DNA from: Wallemia ichthyophaga EXF-994
Lineage: Eukaryota > Fungi > Basidiomycota
Length of the DNA: 32,000 nt
Direction: 5' to 3'
Assembly (NCBI RefSeq): GCF_000400465.1
Contig: NW_008806279.1
Location: 296,107-328,106 of the forward strand
The position numbers and the translations under genes were made by a program. The stretch's first letter is position 1. Each line of letters starts with the position of its first letter. Of this stretch, positions 9,258 through 20,172 are shown piece by piece. The notes below the pieces were generated by a model. That model had not been told where the DNA came from. It ran no database searches and was given only the letters and a program-made list of their open reading frames with translations.

Positions 9258-10390
9258 CTAAAGAACTGTACCGAAGCTGTTTGTTCGGTCAGCAGTGGGA
9301 AGAATTTCAAACAAGATATCAACTTACAGCAACTTGAGAGGTTTGATGTAGTACTGTTCTAAGCTAGGCTGAACATCATCCTCAAGTCCGATTGGTACGC
9401 CATTCAAGATGAACTCAGCAGCAGTTGAATCATCACTCTGGTTTAGATCGATAGTCAAAGAAGCCTTGTGTCCTTTGAATTGTTAAATGTGCAGAATAAG
9501 CCTAACGTAACTCACCTTCTGGCCACTTTCCGCCTGTGAGTGTCCAGTCCATCGTAATCTTCTTCTCAGCCTCAACGTCGGTAACCTTACCTCTCACACC
9601 GCCGCCAAAGAGAACAACATTGGCACCAACCTTTGGCTCAATCTCTGCAGGTGCACGAGTCCACATGGGCACGCGCTGCTTGTTGGTGAGAACATCAAAT
9701 AACTCAGACGCAGAAATCTGGTAGCGCTCTTCCAATTTTATAGTGGAGGTATTGAGTGAGCCTTTCTGAGCCACAGGTTTCTTTGGAACCTCTACTTTCT
9801 CAGTTTTCTTCACAGCTGAAGCTTCTGGAGCGGGTGTGGATGGTTGTGAAGGGGTGGTCGACTGAGATGAAACTTGTACGTGAGAGGCATATTTTTCACG
9901 GAGATCAACAGGGAATTGATCAAAGATAGATTTGAGGGTTTGGGGGATAACTTGTTTGCGAATGTGGTCGAACTTTCCATCTGGTTTGCCGTTGAGTATC
10001 GATGAATCGAAAACGTACTCGTCGAGACCATCGATAGCCTCATGAGATACTTCTGGTACGTGTGTGCGGCCTCTAAGCTCGCCGACTGTCCATTCGATGA
10101 CTATCTTCAAATCGTAGATCGTTACTAATCTAAAATGAGCGTCAGTACCAAATACAAAGCTTGAATAGCACCTGAAACACACTTTGATTTACGTTGCCCG
10201 AGAGTTACATCTCCATCACACTCCTTGAGTTCTTCTATAGTGAGTTCATCGTTGATTTTCAGTCCAACGAGCTTCTCCTTGAAGTATTCTTTTGCGAAAT
10301 TGCTGCAATCCAATTGCTTCCTGTGCGCTGTATGAGTTATGTTCTTCATTTCTCTCGAGCTACTTACCAGTGCCAGTTGGCTGATGACAT
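9258..10390 (-). CDS. AHA1: Hsp90 co-chaperone Aha1; exons 10390-10368, 10320-10183, 10129-9516, 9472-9328, 9276-9258
   Basis: MSSANWHW|KQLDCSNFAKEYF (NxNNWHW motif), GDVTLGQRKSK|LVTIYDL, C-terminal AHSA1/START domain (SASELFDVLTNKQRVPMWTRAPA..LFGGGVRG). Confidence 0.93.
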
Positions 10391-10576
10391 AGCGACGTAC
10401 AAAGAAGAAGATCACTCGATCATGCGAGAAACTTGAAGGAAAAAATGAAAAAAGTTTAGAAACCATGTTTAATTATAAGCTTATATGTTCTCTCCTACCC
10501 TGCGATTGCTTTCTTTGTTCAATGTTCCTCTAAGACATTCTCTCTATAAGCAGTGAGTATGAATAAATTACTAAAA

Positions 10577-13500
10577 TTATACAATAAGGCTAGCAATCTT
10601 GCTAGTAACGGCTAAGGGATACATCCTTTCTTCCATTCTTGAAATCAGCTTCTTCGCATTCGTTACCGATTTAGCTTCTAACTCAGCCTTGATCATTTCT
10701 GTCCATGTTGATGGTTCACGGAATACAACAGCGCTATCAATGCTATCCAAGTCATTTGGATGGTTGCCATTCGCTGCTGCTCCCATTGGTGGGTCTACCA
10801 TTGCTTCAAACACCTCCCGAGACTTGCTCATGTCTCCACTCGATGCGTATCCTCTAATCAATAGATTCGATATGTAGGCGGTCTGGTGTATGTTTGAAGC
10901 TTTGATTGATTCTAACAACTTTGGTATAAGATCTTGACGTTGGTTCTCAACAAAGACATTCAACAATGCTACGCTTGTCGTTAGTTTGGCTCTTCTAAAC
11001 AACACATCAACTTACATTCATATACTATCGCATCTGGAAGCTCTCCCTGTCTATTAGAAGGATGCGTCTCTATACTATCGAATATCTCAACAGCTCCATC
11101 GACATCCTTCTCAATGCATCCAGCGGAATGAATAAGCGATGCCCAATGTGTGTCAGACACTTTAACACGTGGATCGTTGACGACAGTTTCGAAAACCTTG
11201 TACAGACTACCCTTGTCTACGGGTTCAATTGATCCATAAGCGTCTAGAAGGAGCTTGTACGTATGTGCTGAAGGTGCAACACGACAAGCCAACATTTCCC
11301 CGTAGTAGTACAAAGCGCGATCTCTATTTGGCTTCGTTTGCGTGTAAAATTGTATCATAGTGTTGAATGGCGGTACTCTAAGCTGACCTTTGCTCTGCTT
11401 GACCATAGTATTGAAGAAATTAATGGCTGACTGCTCATCTCCAATACGTGTGCATGCGTTGATTATTGCACCGTAAGTAACACTTGATGGTCTCACACGC
11501 TCTGCCATCATTTGGTCCAATATCTCAAGAGCTTCGTGTGCCTTTCTTGCTTTACTCAGTTTAGATATGATAGAGTTGAACAAGAAAGTGTTGGATTTAA
11601 CACCAAACTTTCTCGACTCTTCCCACAATTCCTTTGCGAGTGTAGCGTCATCAGTCGTTTCCTTGACGTTGTTAATGCACGCAGCATAAGAGTCCGCTGA
11701 TGGTGCACCTCCAGCCTGAATGATACGTAAGCGGTGTTGAGTAGCTCCCTCAATATCTCCGCCATGTCCGAGACCAGAAATCATGGCATCTTCCAATCTA
11801 AACCAGCCAGATGAACGCTCTTCCACACTAGTAAGGAGTTGAAGGACTTCGTAGGCATGCGTATATACCTTCTTGGCTTTGTCAGTTTCACCAATCCTTC
11901 CAAGAGCATTAGCAAGACCGGCAAGAGCACTGATCGAAGCAGTCAAACCATTGGATACACCATCCATCAAAGTCTTATAACAGTCTGAAGGAGATATACC
12001 CATATTCCTGCGGTAGTCATGCCTGCTGACGAGTTCAGATAATTCATCATCGAAGACATATTCAGGCTCGACTGATCCTGGCGTTGTCGGTGGAGTTTGG
12101 TCGAGTGATGCATCACTGGAATCAAATGATGGGTACGACATTGCGACAGCCTGCTCCGTTTGCATTTTATCAGCTGGTACGTACCCACTTGTGTAGCTTT
12201 CTGCACCGTTAAATCTGTAACCAAGACCCTCAATGAGTTCTGCTGAAGCTTTGTAGTCCAGCATTTTGGATAACACGAAACCAAGATCATTGACATTGAT
12301 AACTCTGCCTACATCTTCTGCATTTTTGCCAAATGTGTTGATAATATCAGCAACAAACTGCTCAGCTGACTCTGCGTTGACAAATCCTTGACTTTCGTTA
12401 TTAATTTCGTTCTTGGCAGACTGCAACCATACGGTAGTGTACATCTTCCATTGCTCGAGGGTGAGATTGATCAACTTAAAGTCGCCTTCACAGTCTACTC
12501 GAGCTTGTTTAACTTTTTCAAGGATGAGTTTTAGAGTTTCAACCGAGCAGACAACATTGTTGTCATAGGCCATACGGAACGCGTCGAACATCTGCTGAAG
12601 AGAGATATTTGGTGTTTTGATGACAAGATTCACTACCACAGCTATGTATTTATGCCAGATACGTCTACCAGTAAGATGACCTTGATCAACAAACTGAATC
12701 TTGCCAGCTTGAGCCCATTGAATGAACAATCCCATGGCTAAATCGAAGCGACCGAAAGATGCACAAGTATAGATGAGAGTTTGAATTGCAGGGTAATAAA
12801 TGCCTTTAGAAGACTTTTCAATCATTTGCTGACGGAGAACTTGGTTGGCAAATTCAATGACTTGTTCTGTTTGTTCAGGTTTGGTGATTATAGCTTCCAT
12901 TACATTCTCACTAAAGGTGTTCAACTCAACACCCGTTGGGTCCATCGTGTATAAATTTTGACACTCTTTAAGAAGCTCGTGGGTGGCTACAGCTTCGTCA
13001 AACTTGGCTTCCTTTAACAAAGACGTCATAATAAAGTAGAAGGATGAAACTGGTGGATGTGGAATCTGGGAGCCTTCCATTGCTGTCTTGGCAGTGCGCT
13101 TGAGCCATTCTAAGCCACTTGAGCTATCACCAACGCGAGCAAATCCTTCAATTACAGCGGCTACAGTGTCCGGACGAAGCCTAAGTGATGACTCGAGCAT
13201 AGTTTGGAATACCTCGACACCTCCGAGTGGCTCGTTGCAGCTAAAGTTTGTAGAGATCATTGAATTGTATACCGTTGAAGATTTATTGAGTGGGAGGGTA
13301 GCAAATGAAGGCTTGTTGTCGATCTTGTGTGAGTTCAAACCATTGACGTAATCTTCGAAAATAACAGTAGCACCTTCCAAATCAGCAACAGAGCCGTAAA
13401 GCTGCAACGGTTAGCTGAGAATCAGCGCTTTAACCTTACTCACATCGATCATAATTGCGTATGTGCAGTGTTGGGACTTGATCTTAGGGTGAGATTCCAT

Positions 13501-14513
13501 AATTGAGAAAACATTAATAGCTGTGTCGATATCTCTGTGATGCTTGCAAGCCATGAGAAGCCAATTGTATGTGTGAACGCGTCCAGGGAGTAGATCAAGT
13601 CTAACGGCCATATTGAAGATAGACATGGCAATCTTGAAGTTTTGTTCCGATTCGAGTGCTTGAGCTTCAGCCTCGAGCGAAGGGTCTAAAAGCTTACGAG
13701 CATTGATGGAGCTGAGGTTGTTGTGAACAAAGTTATCCCTGAGACACAAGATAGTGATCAGATTGGCGTAAGTATTCGCTGTGGGCTTGAGATCCCTAGC
13801 TATCATGTCATTGTAGAAAGAGACAGCATCATCAACAGTGAAAGAGTCAGGACGGGTGACGCAGAGGGCTTCAAGAGCAGTGTCCCATAATTCGACGGTT
13901 GGATCAGTGACCGTGTATACTGAGCTAACAATCCGTTTAACCGCATAAAAGTCATTAGAGTCTTTAGCCGCGCTAATACGTGAGATGAGTTCGTTACCGA
14001 GTTCAGATTGTGTGTTACCGAGTTGAAGATTGTGCAAGTCATGAGTATTCTGTGGCGGGGAAATATGATCAGCTGCATCTTCTATACCGCTTTTAACATT
14101 TTCTACAGAAGTCGTTGAATTACTCCTAGGGCGCCCGCTTTGCTCAATCTGAGCCGGATGAACACTTTGTGTGGTGATATTTCGACGCTGATCACGAATA
14201 GCCCTAACGACTTCGCCACGCGATGAGTTGCTAACGCTCTGGCGTCTAGAAAGTTTATTCCTATAAGCCTGCGAAGGAGAGCGGCCTTCTTCGTCGTCGT
14301 TTGAGTTGTTGTTGGCTTGAGTAAAAGCGCGTCCGTAGCCCTGTAAAGAATAAGGATAAAGCAAACGAGTTCAAATTTAAAACCCACGTGATATCCTTGA
14401 TAGAAATTGCGGCCAGGATGGAAACCTGTGCCGGGACCACCAGAAGTTGCAGACGGGCTTTGAGCTACGATGCTCCTAAATTGGTGCTGAAATGAACGAA
14501 AGAATGTTTTCAT
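10577..14513 (-). CDS. Large pentatricopeptide-repeat (PPR) protein, probably mitochondrial (~1266 aa); exons 14513-14388, 14340-13444, 13401-11016, 10968-10577
   Basis: Many 35-aa PPR units (PSADSYAACINN, NTFLFNSIISKLSK, PSSVTYGAIINAC, PSAHTYKLLLDAY); basic Ser-rich N-terminus resembling a presequence; introns of 47, 42 and 47 nt keep frame. Confidence 0.9.
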
Positions 14514-14578
14514 CCCACTTCTCTATAGGAGTTCTTTATTCTTTAGCTGTTGGGCGTTTTATCTAAACCATCACTAAA

Positions 14579-15809
14579 ATGCCAAATCGTAACGACGTCG
14601 TAAATTTCGCAGCAGGTCCATCGACGCTGCCAACCGTAGTGCTTGAGAAAGCTGCTCAAGGTCTTCTCAACTACAATGGCCTCGGTATGGGCGTTGCTGA
14701 GATTTCTCACCGCTCAAAGGAATTCAAAGCAGTTAGCGAGAAGACTGTGAGCGATTTCAAGACCCTAATGGATGTCCCAGATACGCATGAGGTTCTTCTT
14801 ATGCAGGGTGGCGGTATGGGTGCCTTCTCCACCGTTGTACTCAATTTGCTCGCTGCCTGGAAACTGCAGAACCCTGAATCGAACGCTAAGACTACGTTAG
14901 ATTACATCGTCACAGGCAGCTGGTCTAATAAAGCGGCAGGCGAAGCTAAGAGATTGACTCAAGGTACCGATGTCTCCGTCAATGTCGCTTTGGACGCACG
15001 CAATCACAGCCAAGACGGCAAATCATTCTCCAATATCCCACCAGCTAACGAATGGAAGTACTCAGAGAACCCAGCCTTTGTCTATTACTGCGATAATGAA
15101 ACGGTCAACGGAGTAGAGTTTGATAAGAGCTTCCCATATGATTCACTCCCACCAAACACAAATCTCGTTGCGGATGTTTCGTCAAACATACTCTCTCGCA
15201 AGATTGACGTGAGCAAGCATGCTGTTGTTTACGGTGGTGCACAGAAGAATGCGGGTATCGCTGGTCTTACACTGGTGATTGTCCGCAAGGATCTCCTCGT
15301 AGACACAGACGCAGCTTTCAATCTCGGCGGTATCCCTCAAGTCCCACACCTGTGTGACTACAAACGTCACGCGGACAATGAGAGTATGTACAATACACCA
15401 CCTATGTTCGCAATCTACGTTTCAGGACTCACATTTGAGCATATTTTGAACCACGGAGGCGTTGATGAATACTCAAAGCGCAGTGACAGAAAGAGTAGTA
15501 AACTCTATCAAGTGATTGACAACTCCAACGGGTTGTACAAACCAAAGGTATCACCAGAAAGCAGGAGTCGAATGAACGTTGTGTTTACTCTTCCAGATGA
15601 GGAGACGGAGAAGAGATACCTTAATGAAGCTGACAAGTTGGGATTGAAGAACCTCAAAGGACACAGGTAGGTATTGGTGTACTACTGGGAGAAGCCGTAG
15701 TAAGCTAATCCCCCGCAGATCCGTTGGAGGAATCAGAGCATCGTTGTACAACGGCATAACGGAAGAAGACGCAGATAAGCTTATAGAGATGATGAAGTCG
15801 TTCAAGTAG
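14579..15809 (+). CDS. SER1: Phosphoserine aminotransferase; exons 14579-15666, 15719-15809
   Basis: NFAAGPSTLP, EISHRSKEF, LMQGGG, YCDNETVNGVEF, GAQKNAG (PLP lysine), NTPPMFAIY, KGHR|SVGGIRASLYN. Confidence 0.97.
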
Positions 15810-16073
15810 ATTGTAATTGATAGATGTATGCAAATGAATGAATATTGAGTGTCTATATTTCGGTGATAGCGCCTGCACGCCATTTCACCAGTGCAACACA
15901 AGGAAAGAAGTTAGAGCTATAAAGCATCAAAAGAGATTGCTATAATATAACTAGCCACCCAATTTACATGAAAATACAATAAAAACAAAATAATTGGCAA
16001 TAAAAATAAAATTTGTGTTGATGAGAGAAGCACTCGCAAATTTCAACGTTGCGTTCGAGCTACTAGCAGCAAA

Positions 16074-16584
16074 ATGGTAAAAAGACAGCGGGAGGCGATA
16101 ATACCAGGGCTAACACGACGTATAGGATCCAACCGGTGCCATTACATTGAGAACTCGCAAATTCACCGCAAACCCATTGCTGCAAAGACGTCAATTCGTC
16201 TTGGACGTTCTCCACCCAACACGTCCAAACGTCTCAAAGGCTGAGCTCCGCGAGAACCTTGCAAAGATGTACAAGGCTGAGCTCGATTCCGTATGTCTAT
16301 ACTTTATCGTTGGTTTGACCAGCTTTAGTCTTACAAAACTGCAGGTCACCGTCTTTGGTTTCCGTACTCACTTTGGTGGTGGTAAATCAACCGGTTTCGG
16401 TTTAGTCTACGACTCTCCTGCCGCTGCTAAGTCGTTCGAGCCTAAGTACAGATTGGTAAGATTCGGTCTCGCTGAGAAGGTACAAAAGCCATCTAGAAAG
16501 CTCAGAAAGGAGAGAAAGAACAAGAGCAAGAAGGTTCGCGGTACCGCCAAGAACAAGGCAGCTACCTCTGACAAGAAGAAGTAA
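16074..16584 (+). CDS. RPS24: 40S ribosomal protein S24 (eS24), 135 aa; exons 16074-16076, 16126-16290, 16345-16584
   Basis: ATG-only first exon; [59 protein letters not shown]. Confidence 0.97.
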
Positions 16585-16850
16585 ACTGGTTCTAATCCTG
16601 CTAGTTAAAAGTTCAGTCAGATGTATGCATTTTCTCAACGTATATGATATATGGGTCCTAAAACATCTTGCTACTTGATAGTGACTGACTTTCGATGGAT
16701 TTCCGACTGACTTTAGCGTTATTGCAAATTTTCTTTGACAAGTGCACGCGCGCGAGTTATCCGTTGAGTGAAAAGTATTTCAGTGACTGAGCGTTATATT
16801 ACAATAGTCTTTGGCTTATTGCTTATTACTTTTTACTTGATCTAGCACCC

Positions 16851-17809
16851 TCACTTGTCTGCTTCGTAGACATATCCACCTTGGCGCTGCACTACTTTCA
16901 GCTCAAGTCTGTCGAGCTCCTCCTTCCCTTGCGTGACACCCGCACTGACTGTTTGACCTGGTATCAGCGGTCCAACGCCAGAAGGCGTACCGGTGAGCAA
17001 AACATCACCTTCCTTTGGTGAGTGGGTAAGTGATTGACACTGACTAAGCACGCGATTCATACCTCCAAACGCATGATGGATGAAACGTGCTGGATAAGTC
17101 TTGGAATACGGAATATCATATCAGAAGTGCGTCCCATTTGTCTGATGGCATCATCTGCCTATACGATATGAGTTATTTGCCAGAGTGGATTAACAAGCGT
17201 ACCTTTAACCACAAGCCCAATTGATGTGGATCGAATACTTTCTCCCTAGGGATGAAATCACTGCTACTGTTAGTCGTTCTTGAGAGGTGCAAGTGACATA
17301 CCCAATCGGAGTGAAGCTATCAAAGCCTTTCAAGGTAGACCAAGGCAAACCCTTCTTCTTGATTTCGTCTTGAATGTTTCTAGCCGTCATATCGATAGCT
17401 AGCGCTGTATCTGTGTGAGGAAGATATCAAGAAAGATACGGGAGACGAACAGTAACCAGCAATATGCGATAGGGCGTCGTTGTGCGAAATGTCCCTTCCA
17501 GTCTCGCCAATGACGACACCAAGCTCAACTAACCAAAGATCAGACACCGGACTCAAGACGCTGATAAGAAGCTGAGCTCACCTTCGTGATGCGCAACGAC
17601 GCCTTGTGGAATCTCAATGTTGCCCCGGGTGCGTACAAAGGAGCTTGTTGGCTTTAAGAAGAAGAAAGGTTCCTTTGGAATTGCGTTTTGAAGCTCTGCT
17701 GCACGTCAGACCATAATTTGGGCCGGAATAACGGACCTTTGGCGTGTTCAGAGTAATTGCGTCCAATTGCGACAATCTTGCGAGCTGTAGAGTGAAATTT
17801 CTGTGCCAT
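16851..17809 (-). CDS. Fumarylacetoacetate-hydrolase family protein (FAHD1/Fmp41-like), 6 exons
   Basis: Spliced motifs KIVAIGRNYSEHAK|ELQN, PFFFLKP, HHE|VELGVVIG, ALAIDMTARNIQ, WSTLKGFDSFTPIG, E|EGDVLLTGTPSGVG. Confidence 0.93.
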
Positions 17810-17853
17810 GTTGAGTGTACTTGAACAACTGTTTCCGCAGCTTGTTGGTGGTT

Positions 17854-18142
17854 CTAATCGTTTTGAAGGGGATATGACTGTAGCATGAGCGAGTGCTACG
17901 TGTGTACACCAAACCACACGCTTAGAATCACACTGTACAACGTCACTGCTCACAGCTTCCGAGCACAAATTTTCGAGGGAAATGTAACGAATCGGATGTA
18001 AAGAAATAAACGATACACGCAAGATAACAAAAAGAAATAAGAACAAGCTACAAAAAAAAACCAAATAAGCTCGGTTATGTATGATTTTTGCGAGTCGTTG
18101 GAGCAATTGGCGAAATTTTGTTTCTTCCAGACCAACAGCCAT
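17854..18142 (-). CDS. Candidate ~70-aa type II membrane microprotein (exons 18142-17954, 17877-17854); unspliced frame runs into the FAH ATG
   Basis: ATG 18142, amphipathic/basic N-terminus, hydrophobic AYLVFFCSLFLFLFVIL, GTGAGC donor (17953) and GCTCAT..CTACAG acceptor (17878). No recognised homology. Confidence 0.3.
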
Positions 18143-18291
18143 CTCTTTGGATTTGCGAATAACTCAATCCCAGCCAGGAGAAAGAGTAGCACTTAAAGAG
18201 ACAGCAGTAGAAATCCCAAGTACTTCATTGGCTCTCAAATCACGCAGAGTCAACTCAAGCAACAAGCCTTAACTAACTCCACTTCGTCGGA

Positions 18292-18408
18292 ATTCGATCT
18301 CCCTCGCCACACGCTTTAGGCCTCACAGTGAGTTTATTGTGGTGGGCGCAGACACCCATCTAATGTGTCCCACAGTTCACTGGCTGGGTATCTTTTAAAC
18401 CTCCTTGA
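18292..18408 (+). promoter_or_regulatory. Spliced non-AUG (AUU) uORF in the ODC leader, 22 aa, ending PP-stop; intron 18328-18375
   Basis: GTGAGT..CTAAT..CCACAG 48-nt intron in phase 0 joins ATT CGA TCT...ACA to TTC ACT GGC TGG GTA TCT TTT AAA CCT CCT TGA. ATT is the only near-cognate codon in frame. Confidence 0.65.
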
Positions 18409-18630
18409 CTTGCGTAGACCTGCACAAGCTCAAGCAGTTTATCGTTTCGACTTTTCCACTTGCTGCCGCTAGAAACCTTGTTCAAGCGTCAGCACCTAAA
18501 CTTTATATTCTTAGATCCTCGCGAATCGAAGCGGGGATTTTGAACTCGACTGACGGCCACTATAAGCGAGAGGCCAATCAGGCACTTCTCGCGTTCAACG
18601 GCTACCTCACCACAGTCAAAGAGCGACACA

Positions 18631-20136
18631 ATGCAATTTTATGAATCCACACCAGCCACAGGCCATCCTCAATTATCTCCTACAGCCTCAAACAACTCAA
18701 ACAACTCCCCAAAGAACCACGTTATCCGTCATAATCTTCCTACTCCCCCACCATCACACTCCGCCAGTCCTGCCCCATTAGATAGGCAGAAATGCGTCTA
18801 TGAATCCCTCCCAAATCTCTATCACGGCTCAACTGAATCTCAACTCGCTAAGCAAATCAAATTACTTGAAAGCCACAAAGATTTCGCTGAAGAAAATCCT
18901 TTCTTCGTTGCAGATATTTCTTCCGTCTACAAGCAGCACATTAGGTGGAAGAATGAACTACCTCGAATCGAGCCTTTCTTTGCCGTAAAGTGCAATCCTG
19001 ATCCTTATGTCATTAGACTGTTAGCCGCTTTGGGCTTAGGTTTCGATTGCGCTTCTCAAGCTGAAATTAACACCATCCTAAGCTTACCCACCAGTTGCCC
19101 TGCAACTGAAGATCCTTCCAATAACATTATATTCGCAAACCCATGCAAAGCTGCTTCAATGGTCAAGTTCGCACGTCGAAACCAAGTCAAAATGATGACA
19201 TTCGATAATACCGATGAACTCCACAAGATAGCCAAATTATATCCCAGTGCTCAACTAGTCATCAGAATTCTTACAGATGACTCAAAGAGTGTTTGTAGAT
19301 TCGGTATCAAGTTCGGCGCTCCACTCGATGCAGTCCCACACTTGTTGAAGACAGCGAAGGATTTGAGTTTGAATGTCATCGGTGTCAGCTTCCACGTTGG
19401 ATCGGGTTGTTATGATCCTCAATCATATGTAGATGCTATTCAACGCTCAAAGAAGACATTTGAAGTTGGTGAATCTCTTGGTTACAAGTTCAACCTTCTT
19501 GACGTAGGTGGGGGATTTGGTCATGACAACTTTGAATTACTCGCAAGATCATTGGGTCCAGCTGTGGACGAATATTTTCCAGCAGAAACTGGAGTTCGTG
19601 TGATCGCTGAACCCGGTAGATTCTACGTCCATGATGCCTTCTCATTGGCTACGAACATAATTGCAAAGAGAGGATCGGCTGATGATATTGATGAAGATAT
19701 GGATGATCAGTCACCTAAAGTCATGTACTACCAGAACGACGGTGTCTATGGAGCCTTTAATTGCGTCATGTTCGATCACGCTGAGCCTAAAGCAAGACCA
19801 TTGACAGTACAATCACAGTTAGTGCTTGAAGATGTTCAGCTCAACGAAAGAAAGGTTGACAGTGAGGAAATATCTTGCTCAATCTGGGGACCAACGTGTG
19901 ATAGCTTAGACTGCGTAATGAAGTCTCACAAGCTGGCGAAAGGGTTACAAGTTGGTGATTGGTTGAGGTGGGATGAGATGGGAGCATACACGATCTGCGC
20001 TGCATCAACATTTAATGGCTTTAGCAGAGCTGACGTTCACTACACGTCTGGTGCAGATTCGATGGAGGCTCAAGAAGTTCGGAGGATTTTACAGCAAACA
20101 GCGCCTGATTTACAAGGCTTAATAATGTATCCATAA
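18631..20136 (+). CDS. SPE1: Ornithine decarboxylase (501 aa)
   Basis: PFFAVKCNPD (PLP Lys), GVSFHVGSG, LLDVGGGF, IAEPGRFY, WGPTCDSLD (catalytic Cys), MGAYT. Confidence 0.97.
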   Translation: MQFYESTPATGHPQLSPTASNNSNNSPKNHVIRHNLPTPPPSHSASPAPLDRQKCVYESLPNLYHGSTESQLAKQIKLLESHKDFAEENPFFVADISSVYKQHIRWKNELPRIEPFFAVKCNPDPYVIRLLAALGLGFDCASQAEINTILSLPTSCPATEDPSNNIIFANPCKAASMVKFARRNQVKMMTFDNTDELHKIAKLYPSAQLVIRILTDDSKSVCRFGIKFGAPLDAVPHLLKTAKDLSLNVIGVSFHVGSGCYDPQSYVDAIQRSKKTFEVGESLGYKFNLLDVGGGFGHDNFELLARSLGPAVDEYFPAETGVRVIAEPGRFYVHDAFSLATNIIAKRGSADDIDEDMDDQSPKVMYYQNDGVYGAFNCVMFDHAEPKARPLTVQSQLVLEDVQLNERKVDSEEISCSIWGPTCDSLDCVMKSHKLAKGLQVGDWLRWDEMGAYTICAASTFNGFSRADVHYTSGADSMEAQEVRRILQQTAPDLQGLIMYP

Positions 20137-20172
20137 ATCAAATTTCATGATAAATATTCTTAATTACTAACT

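Noticed and set aside
10125-10466. 113-aa ORF from an upstream ATG reading into AHA1 exon 2
   Set aside because: It works only if intron 1 is retained and it lacks the conserved NWHW motif given by ATG 10390. It is probably upstream of the TSS.
15672-15702. Small hairpin (TACTAC..GTAGTA) in the SER1 intron
   Set aside because: It is a short stem in a normal-length intron and nothing suggests function.
16585-16850. Possible C/D snoRNA after RPS24 (repeated GACTGACTTT, CTGA boxes)
   Set aside because: No good RTGATGA C box, terminal stem or recognisable rRNA antisense element. The region is explained as convergent 3' UTRs.
18079-18130. Possible second ODC leader intron (GTATGA..TTCCAG) and the 63-aa ATG ORF at 18081-18272
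   Set aside because: No branch point is visible. The region is probably upstream of the ODC TSS and antisense to the candidate minus-strand ORF, and the peptide has no recognisable feature.
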